Assembly (NCBI GenBank): GCA_036502245.1 | Contig: DASXYX010000026.1 | Span: forward strand, 136,575-200,574 | Direction of reading: 5' to 3' | Origin: Verrucomicrobiia bacterium | GTDB lineage: Bacteria > Verrucomicrobiota > Verrucomicrobiia > Limisphaerales > UBA11358 | DNA: 64,000 nucleotides | The notes under the pieces: model-generated | Seen by the model: only the letters and a program-made list of their open reading frames with translations | The model's database searches: none | Told to the model about the DNA's origin: nothing | In this document: positions 41,084-51,247 of the stretch, one piece after another | Position numbering within the stretch: position 1 is the stretch's first letter | Layout: every line of letters starts with the position of its first letter | Translations under genes and position numbers: made by a program

Positions 41084-41890
41084 ATGAAATTCACGCGCGC
41101 CATCAAATTGCTCTTTTTTGCTTTGCTGGCGTTGACGGTGCAATTGCCTTCCGCCAAAGCAGGCTGGATCCATCTCTTCAACGGCAAGAATCTCTCAGGT
41201 TGGACGGTAAAGACCGGCGACGCCAAATTTTATGTGGATCACGGGTGCATCGTGGGCGAGGCGGTTTCGGAGAGCGACACCAATAGCGTGCTGGCCACGA
41301 CGAACGCGTACGACAATTTCATCCTCGAACTCGATTTCAAGGCGGACCATCAGTTGTTCTCCGGCGTCCATATCCGCGGCCAATTCGCGGCGAAGGACAC
41401 GCAATGGGTTTGGGGCGGCCGCTCGCTGACTATTCCCGCGGGTCGCGCTTACGGATATATGGTGCTGATCGACCCAAGCCCGAATCATCGTTGGTGGACG
41501 GCGTCGCTCTACGACCAGCGCTGGTGGAGCGGCGGCATCTATGATGAGTCGCGGCGGCTATGGTTGTATCCCGGCCAGGAAGGCGGTGACCCGGATGTGT
41601 TTTCCCAACAGGGAAAGAAAATTTTCCACACGAATGACTGGAACCATCTCCGCATCGAGGCAGTGGGCGATTCAATCAAGACATATCTCAACGGCGTGGC
41701 CTGCGCGCAGATCCACGATCCGATGGATGCGAAGGGATTCATTGGCTTACAGGTGCGTGACTGGATCAGCGACGATGATCCGGACACATTGTCGGGGGCG
41801 AAGGTGCGCTTCAAAAATATCCGGCTCAAGCCGGTCGCTGTAAAACCTGCTCCACCGAACGCCGCCGCGCGGCACGGCGGAAAAATTTAA
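41084..41890 (+). CDS. Secreted DUF1080 (3-keto-disaccharide hydrolase-like, LamG fold) protein
   Basis: Signal peptide MKFTRAIKLLFFALLALTVQLPSAKA, then GWIHLFNGKNLSGW..NFILELDFK..WNHLRIEAVGDSIKTYLNG..GFIGLQV. Confidence 0.85.
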   Translation: MKFTRAIKLLFFALLALTVQLPSAKAGWIHLFNGKNLSGWTVKTGDAKFYVDHGCIVGEAVSESDTNSVLATTNAYDNFILELDFKADHQLFSGVHIRGQFAAKDTQWVWGGRSLTIPAGRAYGYMVLIDPSPNHRWWTASLYDQRWWSGGIYDESRRLWLYPGQEGGDPDVFSQQGKKIFHTNDWNHLRIEAVGDSIKTYLNGVACAQIHDPMDAKGFIGLQVRDWISDDDPDTLSGAKVRFKNIRLKPVAVKPAPPNAAARHGGKI

Positions 41891-42064
41891 TGGACATGAG
41901 TCAAATATATGGGAGCGTTAAACAACGGTTTCTGACAAGCAGGCATTACATGAAATCCGAATCAAAATTTTCCGCAGGCCGCCGGTCAAAATCGGGGAGC
42001 AGGCCTGATTGTTTTCTCACCCCTCACCCTCAATCCCTCCCCATGAACCCTCACCTCTCCCTGA

Positions 42065-42100
42065 CCCTCTCCCCTCCCATCAGAATGGGAGCGGAGAGGG
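42065..42100. repeat. GGAG-hairpin intergenic repeat (family W), copy 4
   Basis: CCCTCTCCCCTCCCAT-caga-ATGGGAGCGGAGAGGG (15 of 16 stem positions pair), preceded by repeated CTCACCC motifs. Confidence 0.8.
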
Positions 42101-42237
42101 AATTGACATGGATCGGGTATGTCTCGAATCGGGTTCAGGGGTTCAATGCGCGAATTCTTCAGGGAATTCTTTCCCTGTTGAGGGGAGAGGTAGGAAGCAG
42201 ATGGATGGACTTTTTTGTAAGTCGGTGTGTGGCCCCA

Positions 42238-43875
42238 ATGCGCAGTCAAACACGGACGTCGAAGCCCTCCATGAACCGGACTGGCTATATTCCGTTCACG
42301 CTCATTTTTCTGGCTATGACATTCTGGCTGCCGCAGGCCCTCGCAGTGAATGTGATCATGCAGCACAACGATTTTTCCCGGACGGGTGCCAACACGACGG
42401 AAGTCATCCTGAGCCTCTCTAATGTCACGAACAACTTCGGCAAATTATTTACGGACACAGTGGACGGCCAGGTTTATGCCCAGCCGTTGTATGTCCAAAA
42501 CCTGACTCTCTCCGGCGGGACGCACAATGTTGTGTTCGTCTGCACGGAGAGCAACAGCGTGTACGCCTTTGACGCGGATTCGGGCGGTGTCACGTATTGG
42601 CACGACAAGCTTGGCACGCCTTTTACTCCCAGTTGCAGCGACCTGACGCCGATTGTTGGCATCACGGGCACGCCGGTGATCGACCCGGCCAGCGGGACGC
42701 TCTATGTGGACACGAAGCTGGTGGCCAATTCGGCGACGAACCATGAATTGCATGCGCTGGACATCACGACGGGCAACGAGAAATTCGGCGGGCCGGTGAT
42801 CATCACGGGCGGGTCCCAATTCAATCCCATCTTGGAACATCAGCGTCCCGGATTGGTGTTGTATAACGGCGTGGTGTACCTGGCGTTTGGCTCGCATTGC
42901 GACCAGGGTGCTTATCACGGTTTTGTGCTCGGCTATAACGCGACCAACTTGACGCAGATGTATTCCTTCAACACCACTCCGACCGGCAGCCAGGGCGCGA
43001 TCTGGTCCGGCGGCATGGCGCCGGCGGTGGATACGAACGGAAATATTTATGTCATGACGGGCAACGGGACTTTTGACGGCACGACCAATTACGGCGAATC
43101 CATCATCAAGCTCAGCACCAACCTGGTGGTGCAGGGTTACACCACGCCAACCAATTGGTCTTCGCTCAATTCGGGCGACACGGACTTTGGCTCGGGTGGA
43201 CCGGTGTTGCTGCCGACACATTATGTTGTCGGGATGGGCAAGGACGGGGTCTTGAGCCTCGCGGATATCAACAACATGGGAGGAGTGGGCGGGTTCGTGC
43301 AATCCTTCAGCGCTCAATCCCGCGGCGACACGCTGGGCAAATCGCCGGTCTATTGGCAGGGGCCGTCCATGCAGTATCTCTATTTCATGCATGCCAACAG
43401 CACGACCAAATCTTTCCAGTTCACCGGTACCAATATCAACACCACTAACCTGGGCACGGCATCCTTCACGGAAAGCGACCGCAGCGGCGGTCTCTCGCTC
43501 TCGGCCAACGGGACGGCCAATGGCATCCTTTGGGAGATTGACAGCGACAGCAACCTGCGCGCGTACGACGCCGTGAATTTTCCCAAGCTGCTCTGGACCG
43601 GCAGCGTGGGGTCGTATGTAAAAATGAATTGTCCGACCATCGCCAACGGCAAAGTTTATATAGGCACGACGAGCGGCCTGGGCGTCTGGGGCCTGACCAA
43701 TTATCTCTACCTGCAATCCGGCGTGCAAAACCCGGTGCTGGATTGGGGAACCGGAAAGCTCCTGCAGGCAACGAATGTGCTCGGACCATGGACGACCAAT
43801 ACTACCGCCACTTCGCCATTTACAGTCTTCCCCACTAACGGGCAGACGTTCTATCGCGTGCTCAACAGCCCGTAA
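42238..43875 (+). CDS. Secreted PQQ/BamB-like beta-propeller protein with a C-terminal domain ending GQTFYRVLNSP
   Basis: Signal peptide ..IPFTLIFLAMTFWLPQALA, then QHNDFSRTGAN..VDGQVYAQPLYV..VVFVCTESNSVYAFDADSG and repeated blade motifs. Start at ATG 42238 or 42271; the listed 41890 start runs through the W4 repeat. Confidence 0.8.
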   Translation: MRSQTRTSKPSMNRTGYIPFTLIFLAMTFWLPQALAVNVIMQHNDFSRTGANTTEVILSLSNVTNNFGKLFTDTVDGQVYAQPLYVQNLTLSGGTHNVVFVCTESNSVYAFDADSGGVTYWHDKLGTPFTPSCSDLTPIVGITGTPVIDPASGTLYVDTKLVANSATNHELHALDITTGNEKFGGPVIITGGSQFNPILEHQRPGLVLYNGVVYLAFGSHCDQGAYHGFVLGYNATNLTQMYSFNTTPTGSQGAIWSGGMAPAVDTNGNIYVMTGNGTFDGTTNYGESIIKLSTNLVVQGYTTPTNWSSLNSGDTDFGSGGPVLLPTHYVVGMGKDGVLSLADINNMGGVGGFVQSFSAQSRGDTLGKSPVYWQGPSMQYLYFMHANSTTKSFQFTGTNINTTNLGTASFTESDRSGGLSLSANGTANGILWEIDSDSNLRAYDAVNFPKLLWTGSVGSYVKMNCPTIANGKVYIGTTSGLGVWGLTNYLYLQSGVQNPVLDWGTGKLLQATNVLGPWTTNTTATSPFTVFPTNGQTFYRVLNSP

Positions 43876-43883
43876 GGACGGCC

Positions 43884-44771
43884 ATGGAACTGCGGCATCT
43901 TCGATATTTCATCGCGGCAGCGGAACAGGAAAATGTTTCGCGCGCGGCGTTGAAACTGCATGTCTCGCAGCCGGGCATCAGCCGCCAGATCCGTGACCTG
44001 GAAGACGAGATCGGTTTCAAGTTGTTTGAGCGCAGCGCGAAGTCGCTCAAGCTGACCAAGGCTGGGAAAGTTTTTCTCACGGAAGCACGCGCCGTGTTGC
44101 AACGCGCGGACGATGCCGTGAAGACCGCACGAGCGGTGGCGAACAAGGTTGGCGGCGAATTGCACGTGGGGTACGCGCCGTCGCTCACGGTACGCATCCT
44201 GCCGCAGGCGCTGCGGGTGTTTCAGGAGAAGTACCCGGAAGTGCGCATCGCGCTGCACGATATGTCCACGGAAGAGATGCTCGCCGGTGTGCGCGAGGGA
44301 AAGTTGCAAGTCGCGCTCACGGTGCAGCCGCGGGCGAAATTGTTACGCGAACTGGAGTTTAAGTTGCTGGCGCGTTACACCATGAGCATCGCCGTGGCGC
44401 CGAAGCACAAACTGGCGAAGCTGAAATCGGTCACGCTGGCGCAATTGGTGGACGAGCCGCTTATCGGTTATACGCGCGAGGATTATCCAGATTATCACGC
44501 ACATCTGAGTACACTCTTCGCGCCGGTGGGACGCATCCCGGAAGTTGTGGAAGAACACGATGGCATTGCCAGTATCATTGCGGCGGTGGAATCCGGGCGC
44601 GGTTATGCGCTGGTGCCGGATTCATTTGCGTGCATGGCCGGGCCGCGGTTGACGATTGTGCCGTTAAATCCACGCGGAGATTTGATTCCGGTGGGAGCCG
44701 TTTGGAAAAAGAACAGTAAGATGGCGTTGATTGAAAAATTTATCGAAGCAGCGGGAGGAGAAGATGTTTAA
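43884..44771 (+). CDS. LysR-family transcriptional regulator
   Basis: MELRHLRYFIAAAEQENVSRAALKLHVSQPGISRQIRDLEDEIGFKLFER. Confidence 0.95.
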   Translation: MELRHLRYFIAAAEQENVSRAALKLHVSQPGISRQIRDLEDEIGFKLFERSAKSLKLTKAGKVFLTEARAVLQRADDAVKTARAVANKVGGELHVGYAPSLTVRILPQALRVFQEKYPEVRIALHDMSTEEMLAGVREGKLQVALTVQPRAKLLRELEFKLLARYTMSIAVAPKHKLAKLKSVTLAQLVDEPLIGYTREDYPDYHAHLSTLFAPVGRIPEVVEEHDGIASIIAAVESGRGYALVPDSFACMAGPRLTIVPLNPRGDLIPVGAVWKKNSKMALIEKFIEAAGGEDV

Positions 44772-44909
44772 CGCAAAGACGCAAAGAGGCTAAGACGCGA
44801 GGATGGAAGATAGAAAATAGATGATGGGAAACAAAGGCAGATTCGTGGTCAACTAAATGATTGGACAACTGCGGGCTTCGACTTAAATTCAGGAGAACAA
44901 AACAAGGTT

Positions 44910-45932
44910 ATGAATTATCGACTTCTGGGAAAATCCGGTCTGCGCGTCTCTGAATTGTGCCTGGGCACGATGACCTTTGGCGAGGAGTGGGGCTGGGGCG
45001 CCAACAAAGAACAATCCAAATCCGTTTTCGACGCTTACGTCAACGCAGGCGGCAATTTTTTGGATACCGCCGACGGTTACACTTTGGGCACAAGCGAGAA
45101 ATACGTGGGCGATTTCGTGCGCGGCCGGCGCGATGAATTTGTCATCGCCACCAAATTTTCCTTCAACCAGCGCCGCGGCGATCCGAACGCGGGCGGCAAC
45201 CATCGCAAGAACATGGCGCAGGCGTTGCACGGTTCGCTCAAGCGATTGGGCGCCGATCACGTGGACTTGTACTGGATGCACGCGTGGGACGAGATGACGC
45301 CGGTCGAGGAAGTGATGCGGGCGTTCGACGATTTTGTGCGCGCGGGCAAGGTGCTGTATATCGGCATCTCGGACGCGCCCGCGTGGTGGGTGGCGCGCGC
45401 GAACATGCTGGCGGAGTTGCGCGGCTGGACGCAGTTCGTGGGCCTGCAGATCGAATATAATCTCATTGAGCGCACACCGGAACGTGAGTTGTTGCCCATG
45501 GCGGAAGCGTTGGGCCTCACTCTCACGCCGTGGTCACCGCTGGCGAGCGGTTGGCTTACCGGAAAATATATTGGCAAAGCGAAGGAAGAACGGCGTCTTG
45601 ACAAGACTCCGGCATTCGCGCGGCGCACGGAGCGGAATGAGGCTATTGCGAAAACGGTCGTGAAGATTGCCAAAGCGGCGGGCAAATCGCCCGCACAAGT
45701 GGCGCTGAACTGGTTGCGCGCGCGGCGCAATACCATTCCGATCATCGGCGCACGCAAGCTTGATCAGTTGGTGGATAATTTGAATTGCGTGAAATGGTCG
45801 TTGAACGCCAAACAACTGGCGCAGTTGGAAGAAGTGAGCAAAATTGAACAAGGCTTCCCGAAAGATTTCCTGGCCAAGCCATTCGTGCGGGACTTTTTGC
45901 ACGGCGGAATGTATGACCGGATAGCGCGGTAA
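44910..45932 (+). CDS. Aldo/keto reductase
   Basis: LGKSGLRVSELCLGTMTFG..NFLDTADGY..VDLYWMHAWD..GISDAPAW. Confidence 0.92.
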   Translation: MNYRLLGKSGLRVSELCLGTMTFGEEWGWGANKEQSKSVFDAYVNAGGNFLDTADGYTLGTSEKYVGDFVRGRRDEFVIATKFSFNQRRGDPNAGGNHRKNMAQALHGSLKRLGADHVDLYWMHAWDEMTPVEEVMRAFDDFVRAGKVLYIGISDAPAWWVARANMLAELRGWTQFVGLQIEYNLIERTPERELLPMAEALGLTLTPWSPLASGWLTGKYIGKAKEERRLDKTPAFARRTERNEAIAKTVVKIAKAAGKSPAQVALNWLRARRNTIPIIGARKLDQLVDNLNCVKWSLNAKQLAQLEEVSKIEQGFPKDFLAKPFVRDFLHGGMYDRIAR

Positions 45933-45974
45933 GAGGCTTGCGCTGGCTATGGCATTCCCCTACTGTTCGCGGCG

Positions 45975-46607
45975 TTGAAAAAGAATGGAAGGCCTGAGAT
46001 TCCTCGCAAGACGATCTATCGTCTCTCCATCTATTTGCGCTGCCTGGCGCGATTGGGCGAGAACGGCATCGGCACGGTGAGCAGTGAGGCATTGGCCAAA
46101 GCCGCGGGCGTCAAGCCCACGCAATTGCGCAAAGACCTTGCGTACTTCGGCACGTTCGGCACGCGCGGCCTCGGTTATGAGGTGGCGGACCTTTCCCAGA
46201 AAATTTCTGAAGAGTTGGGCACGTCCCGCCTGCAGCCGGTCATCCTCGTCGGCGTGGGCAACCTGGGGTTGGCGCTGCTCTCGTATCGCGGATTTGAAAA
46301 AGAAGGATTCGAGATCGTGGCGGCCTTCGATGCTCATCCCCAGCGCGAACGCGACAAGGCGGTTAAGCAGCCCATTTACGGTATGTCCGAATTGTCCGCC
46401 TTCGCGAAGCAGCAGGGCATTAAGATGGCCATTCTCACTGTGCCTGCGTCTGCCGCGCAGGAGGTAGCCAACTATCTCATCGACACCGGCATCACGGGCA
46501 TCCTGAATTTTTCCCCGATCGTGCTTTCTGTTCCGGAAGAAGTGATGGTCAACAATGTCAACCTGGCCATCGAATTGGAAAACTTGAGTTACTTCACGCA
46601 GGAATAG
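45975..46607 (+). CDS. rex: Redox-sensing transcriptional repressor Rex
   Basis: IPRKTIYRLSIYLRCL..VSSEALAKAAGVKPTQLRKDLAYFGTFGTRGLGYEV..ILVGVGNLG. TTG start. Confidence 0.92.
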   Translation: MKKNGRPEIPRKTIYRLSIYLRCLARLGENGIGTVSSEALAKAAGVKPTQLRKDLAYFGTFGTRGLGYEVADLSQKISEELGTSRLQPVILVGVGNLGLALLSYRGFEKEGFEIVAAFDAHPQRERDKAVKQPIYGMSELSAFAKQQGIKMAILTVPASAAQEVANYLIDTGITGILNFSPIVLSVPEEVMVNNVNLAIELENLSYFTQE

Positions 46608-46614
46608 GAATAAA

Positions 46615-47538
46615 TCAAAAGAGCGCGCCGGGTGGATGGGTCAGGATGTGCCGCAAATAAAGGTACATGATGGGCGCATTGAAGAGCAGGCTGTCCAGCA
46701 GGTCGAGGATGCCGCCGATCCCCGGGAAAAATCTACCTGAATCCTTCACACCGGCTTCACGCTTGAACAGCGACTCGATCAAATCGCCGACGACCGCGGT
46801 AAGGCTCAGGATGACGCCCAGAATGGTCGCGTGCAGCCAATTCATGCGATACATGTGGTCATGGAAAAAATGGACGAAGACGAGGCTCGCCGCGGTGGAA
46901 ACCAAAATCGCCCCGCCGAAACCTTCCCAGGTCTTGCCGGGGCTGATGCGGGGGATCATTTTGTGCCGGCCGATGAGCGAGCCGACCAGATACGCGCCCA
47001 TGTCGCTGAATTTGGTCACCAGCACGAAATAGAGCAGGAAATATTTACCTTCGACGTTCGGGAAGAAATTGATCTTCTGGATGAAGTTCAGCAGCCACGG
47101 CACGTACATGAGGCCAAACAACGTGACGGCAATCGCGGTCAGGCCCGCGGGATTTGTTTTGGCAACTAGTTGCCGCACGCAGAGGCCCAGGACGAACAGG
47201 ATGATGAAGCTGGTCTCGAAGTCGTTCACGCGGGCTGGCGAACCCTGCGTGCCGATATGGCCGGTCAGTTCGAGAAACGTCCCGACCGTGAGCAGGATCG
47301 CGCCGATGAGTCCGCAGTATTTGAAGCAGGCCAGACCGCGTTTTTCAGCAATGCCATAAAATTCTGCCAGCCCGGCCAGCGCCAGAAGGACGATGATAAC
47401 GATGAAGACGCCTTCAGAGATGAGTTGATGCGAGGAAAAAAGAGCGGTCAGGATGATGGTCCAGAGGATGACCGTGGAGATGAGCCGGCGAAAAAAGGTC
47501 CTGGCTTTGGATGAAGTTTGGGATTGCTCGGCTTGCAT
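46615..47538 (-). CDS. cdsA: Phosphatidate cytidylyltransferase
   Basis: TKFSDMGAYLVGSLIGRHKM.PRISPGKTWEGF.GG and a multi-TM profile. Confidence 0.92.
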   Translation of the reverse strand: MQAEQSQTSSKARTFFRRLISTVILWTIILTALFSSHQLISEGVFIVIIVLLALAGLAEFYGIAEKRGLACFKYCGLIGAILLTVGTFLELTGHIGTQGSPARVNDFETSFIILFVLGLCVRQLVAKTNPAGLTAIAVTLFGLMYVPWLLNFIQKINFFPNVEGKYFLLYFVLVTKFSDMGAYLVGSLIGRHKMIPRISPGKTWEGFGGAILVSTAASLVFVHFFHDHMYRMNWLHATILGVILSLTAVVGDLIESLFKREAGVKDSGRFFPGIGGILDLLDSLLFNAPIMYLYLRHILTHPPGALF

Positions 47539-47684
47539 GCGAGGGCAATTCGTTATGCCTTTTGAAAAACGTTAAGACTTCTCGGGAAGGAAAGCGAGTG
47601 CTTTTGAATGGCGAGAGCATCTTGTTCGAATCCGTAGCCCGGAACCGATGAGTCGTCCTCCTTCGCTAAAGCTATGGAGGACAC

Positions 47685-47730
47685 CATCCTTCGCCCGGCG
47701 CCGCTTCGCGTCGGCGCCGGGCGAAGGATG
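47685..47730 (-). terminator. Perfect 19-bp GC-rich hairpin immediately 3' of tRNA-Ala (processing or termination structure)
   Basis: CATCCTTCGCCCGGCGCCG-cttcgcgt-CGGCGCCGGGCGAAGGATG; I verified arm complementarity. The right arm overlaps the tRNA CCA end by 2 nt. There is no clear U-tract. Confidence 0.45.
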
Positions 47731-47804
47731 GTGGAGCCGAGGGGATTCGAACCCCTGACCTTCTCATTGCGAACGAGACGCTCTACCAACTGAGCTACGA
47801 CCCC
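47729..47804 (-). tRNA. tRNA-Ala (anticodon CGC), CCA encoded
   Basis: The reverse complement is GGGGTCGTAGCTCAGTTGGTAGAGCGTCTCGTTCGCAATGAGAAGGTCAGGGGTTCGAATCCCCTCGGCTCCACCA. It has a D-arm GCTC/GAGC, anticodon loop TTCGCAA, T-arm AGGGG-TTCGAAT-CCCCT, and the G3:U70 alanine identity pair. Confidence 0.95.
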
Positions 47805-47850
47805 AGCCGATTCAAGCATTGTAAGGGAAATTCACGTCCACGCAACCTTT

Positions 47851-48996
47851 TCAGATGCCTTTGTTCGCGCGCCAGAGCAGAACGGCGCCCACGGCCTGGA
47901 AAATGAAGTTCGGAAGCCAGAAAATGAGGTGTGGAAAGAATTCCGGGCGCGAGGACAAGGACATGCCTACGATATCAAAGGTATAATAAATCATGACGAG
48001 AGCGAGTCCCATAAGAATGCCGATATTTGTCTCGCGGCGATGGACGCGGATGCCCAAGGGGATGCCCACTAACGCAAAGCCGAAACAGGCAAAAGAGAAG
48101 GCAATCTGTTCGTGCATCTGCGAGCGCACTTTTTGGATGATACCCTGGGTCTCCTTGATCTGCGCCCTCCATTGAGTGGCGGAGTTGGTCGAAGCCGGCA
48201 GAAAATCCAGGAGCTTTTCACGTTCGCGCAATTCGACCTGGAGTTGGGAGAAAGTCATGTCGCTGATCTTTGGTTTTCCATTTGCGGAAGATTTAGCATT
48301 GAGATTTACGGCGATAGGCATCGTGCCGAAAGAGGAAAAAATCGGGGTGCCGTTGGTGAGACGGGTGACGCTCTGGGCATTGAATAATTTAATGGTGAGC
48401 ACACGATTGGTTTTGTCCAATTCAGTTTGTCCGCCGGGCGCCTGGAGGGTGGTGTTTTGCGCGATGTTATAGACCAGCACGTCTTTCAAGGCGCCATTGT
48501 CATTTTTTGCGGTATAAAAGATATATCCCGGAAAATCATAGATGAGCCGGCCCGCGGGCAACTGGAGGTCGGCCAGTTGGCCGCCGGCTTCGGCAATCAG
48601 GTTCACATATTGCGCGCGGGCGCGCGGCCCCAGATCCATGTTGATCCATGCGCTCAAGGCACAACAGCAAAGGCTCAAAAAGAGGATTGGGGTCGTGAGC
48701 GAGATCAGGCTGATGCCGCTCGCGCGGGCGGCGGTCAATTCCTGGTCGGCGCTGAACCGTCCAAAGGCCAGCAACGTGGCAGTGAGCAGCCCCATCGGCA
48801 GCGAATAGACAAACGCGAATGGGATGAGCACACCTACGGCGTGGATCATCACGCCAAACCCAATTTGTCCTTCGACCAGCAGTTTGAGGACTTGCTGCAG
48901 CACATTCCCCAATAATACTACAAAGGTGAATACCGCCACGGTGAGCAGCAGCGAAGCAAGCACCTGGCGGGCCAGATATTTGTGAAGTGTTTTCAA
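47851..48996 (-). CDS. LptF/LptG-family LPS export permease
   Basis: [33 protein letters not shown], a large periplasmic loop and six TM segments. Confidence 0.88.
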   Translation of the reverse strand: MKTLHKYLARQVLASLLLTVAVFTFVVLLGNVLQQVLKLLVEGQIGFGVMIHAVGVLIPFAFVYSLPMGLLTATLLAFGRFSADQELTAARASGISLISLTTPILFLSLCCCALSAWINMDLGPRARAQYVNLIAEAGGQLADLQLPAGRLIYDFPGYIFYTAKNDNGALKDVLVYNIAQNTTLQAPGGQTELDKTNRVLTIKLFNAQSVTRLTNGTPIFSSFGTMPIAVNLNAKSSANGKPKISDMTFSQLQVELREREKLLDFLPASTNSATQWRAQIKETQGIIQKVRSQMHEQIAFSFACFGFALVGIPLGIRVHRRETNIGILMGLALVMIYYTFDIVGMSLSSRPEFFPHLIFWLPNFIFQAVGAVLLWRANKGI

Positions 48997-49092
48997 TTCT
49001 GCGGTTATTTAATTCCGCAATTGAGGCGAAATTGCCTGATTTGGCCGGACAATCCAAGTTGAATCAGGGCAAATGAAAAAGCGGAAGACTCA

Positions 49093-49290
49093 TTAAAGCA
49101 CAAACTCGGGAATATCTTTCAGACTTTCAAATTTTAAACAGCGTTCTTCTTCAGTGATGGGAAACAAATCGAGAGCTTTATAGTTTAGCTGGATGGCTTC
49201 ATCGAATGTCATGCCTGGTCTGATATGTGACTTGAACCATTTCTGGCGTTGTCTTCCACTTTCAGTCGGTGGTATGTATTCGGTTTTCAT
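49093..49290 (-). CDS. Hypothetical 65-aa protein, AT-richer than its neighbours, starting 4 nt after the pyrG stop
   Basis: The ORF is intact and hydrophilic (MKTEYIPPTESGRQRQKWF..). I recognise no family. Confidence 0.35.
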   Translation of the reverse strand: MKTEYIPPTESGRQRQKWFKSHIRPGMTFDEAIQLNYKALDLFPITEEERCLKFESLKDIPEFVL

Positions 49291-49293
49291 ATT

Positions 49294-50907
49294 TCACAGC
49301 GGCTTGTGAAAAATATTCTGGTGCGCGGCGGCGATGAAGCCTTTGAACAGTGGGTGCGGTTGATGCGGTTTGCTCATGAATTCCGGATGGAATTGGCTGG
49401 CCACATAGAAAGGATGGTCCTTCAACTCGATGATCTCCACCAGCTTGCCATCCGGTGACGTGCCACTGAAAACGAATCCTGCCTTCTCAAATTTCTCGCG
49501 GTACGCGTTATTGAATTCGTATCGGTGCCGATGCCGTTCGTTGATGACAAACGAGCCATACAACTCCGCTGCTTTTGTGCCCAACACCAATTGGCATGGC
49601 TGCGAACCCAACCGCATGGTGCCGCCCTTTTTGGTCACACGTTTTTGCTCGTCCAGCATAGCAATAACTGGATTGGACGTGTTCAGGTCGAACTCCGTGG
49701 AGTGAGCTTTGGCCAATTTCAAAACATCGCGCGCAAATTCGATCGTGGCGATCTGCATCCCCAGGCACAGGCCCAGGTAGGGGATTTTATTTTCGCGCGC
49801 GTACTGCGCTGCCAGGATTTTTCCTTCCACGCCGCGTTCGCCAAAGCCGCCGGGCACCAGGATGCCGCCCAGCCCGTGCAACTTTTTATCCGCGCCATCC
49901 TTCTCGATCTCTTCGGCGTCCACCTGCACGATCTCCACGCCGCAATCATTCGCAATGCCGCCGTGAATGATCGCTTCATAGACCGATTTGTACGCGTCCT
50001 GCAGGCCGATATATTTGCCGACCACCCCCACGCGCACACGATGCGCCGGCGCGATGAGCTTGCGGATGATCTCCTGCCAGTGCGCCATGTTTGGCGCGGA
50101 GGTATGCAGATTGAGCAGGCGGCAGACGATGTCATCCACGCGCTCGCGTTGCAGCATCAGGGGCACTTCATAGATCGAATGGTCCACGTCCTTTTCTTCG
50201 ATGACCGCTTCAACCGGCACATTGCAGAACATCGAAATTTTCTGGCGCAATTCTTTGTCCAGCGTCTGTTCGCAACGGCAGACGATCAGGTGCGGCATGA
50301 TGCCGATCTCGCGTAGTTTGGCGACGGATTGCTGCGTCGGTTTCGTCTTCAATTCACCCGCCGCCTTGATGAATGGCACATATGTGATGTGCATGAAGAT
50401 CGCGTTGTTATAGCCCACCTCCAAGGCGAACTCGCGGATAGCTTCCAGGAACGGCAGGCCCTCAATGTCGCCCGTCGTGCCACCGATCTCGGTGATGATG
50501 ACGTCTGCCTTGGTCTTTTCTGCAAGCGAATGGATGCGGTTCTTGATCTCGTCCGTGACGTGCGGAATGACCTGCACGGTTTTGCCGAGATATTTTCCTT
50601 CGCGCTCGTTGTTGAGCACGGTCTGGTACACCTGGCCGCTGGTGAGATTGTTCATCCGCGTGAGCTTGGTGCTGGTGAAGCGCTCGTAATGGCCCAGGTC
50701 CAGGTCGGTCTCCGCGCCGTCGTCGAGCACATACACCTCGCCATGCTGGTAAGGGTTCATGGTGCCCGGGTCCACGTTCAGGTAAGGGTCAAATTTCTGG
50801 AGCGCGACCTTGAGTCCGCGATTTTCGAGAAGGGTGCCGAGAGCGGCGGCCGTCAGGCCTTTGCCCAACGAACTCACAACGCCACCGGTTACAAAAATGA
50901 ATTTCAT
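49294..50907 (-). CDS. pyrG: CTP synthase
   Basis: [34 protein letters not shown]; GATase domain GLCLGMQ, HRHRYE. Confidence 0.98.
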   Translation of the reverse strand: MKFIFVTGGVVSSLGKGLTAAALGTLLENRGLKVALQKFDPYLNVDPGTMNPYQHGEVYVLDDGAETDLDLGHYERFTSTKLTRMNNLTSGQVYQTVLNNEREGKYLGKTVQVIPHVTDEIKNRIHSLAEKTKADVIITEIGGTTGDIEGLPFLEAIREFALEVGYNNAIFMHITYVPFIKAAGELKTKPTQQSVAKLREIGIMPHLIVCRCEQTLDKELRQKISMFCNVPVEAVIEEKDVDHSIYEVPLMLQRERVDDIVCRLLNLHTSAPNMAHWQEIIRKLIAPAHRVRVGVVGKYIGLQDAYKSVYEAIIHGGIANDCGVEIVQVDAEEIEKDGADKKLHGLGGILVPGGFGERGVEGKILAAQYARENKIPYLGLCLGMQIATIEFARDVLKLAKAHSTEFDLNTSNPVIAMLDEQKRVTKKGGTMRLGSQPCQLVLGTKAAELYGSFVINERHRHRYEFNNAYREKFEKAGFVFSGTSPDGKLVEIIELKDHPFYVASQFHPEFMSKPHQPHPLFKGFIAAAHQNIFHKPL

Positions 50908-50988
50908 CGCACGAGTAAATCCAGGTGCTGATGACCCGGACGGACTTGGAGTTTAACGACGGAAGAAGGCGAAAGCAATAAAACAAAA

Positions 50989-51231
50989 TTTAACCACAGA
51001 TGGATACAGATAAACACGGATTTAAAAAAGACTTTGATGCGAATCGCGCGCGAATTTTCACAAATCACACAGTCGCGCCTTTCTGTTTGTCTCACCCCTC
51101 TTCCTAACCTCCTCCCCGTTTAGGGGAGGAGGAACAGCAAAAGCACGTCTTCGAATCAGCGGTGAGGCTATTCGACCGATACCGCCATTGGTTTGAGTTG
51201 AACGACAGATGGACACAGATAAACCCGGATT
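50989..51231. repeat. Cluster of intergenic repeats: Z copy 2 (50989..51023), W copy 5 (51108..51132) and Z copy 3 (51200..51231)
   Basis: The reverse complements read AAATCCGTGTTTATCTGTATCCATCTGTGGTTAAA and GAATCCGGGTTTATCTGTGTCCATCTGTCGTTCAA. The hairpin is CCTCCTCCCC-gttta-GGGGAGGAGG, preceded by CTCACCCCTC. Confidence 0.85.
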
Positions 51232-51247
51232 CATTATCCGCGGCCCA

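Noticed and set aside
41890-42237. Long N-terminal extensions implied by the listed ORF starts (41890 for the propeller protein, 40955 for DUF1080, 39673 for pirin, 37850 for the FMN reductase, 62360 for the flavoprotein, 11862 for the LamG lipoprotein).
   Set aside because: The extensions run through repeat elements or the upstream gene and lack family similarity. Internal Met codons give proper signal peptides or canonical family N-termini.
47553-47819. An 88-aa minus-strand ORF.
   Set aside because: It is made up of the tRNA-Ala gene (..[21 protein letters not shown].. is the tRNA read as protein) and the downstream hairpins.
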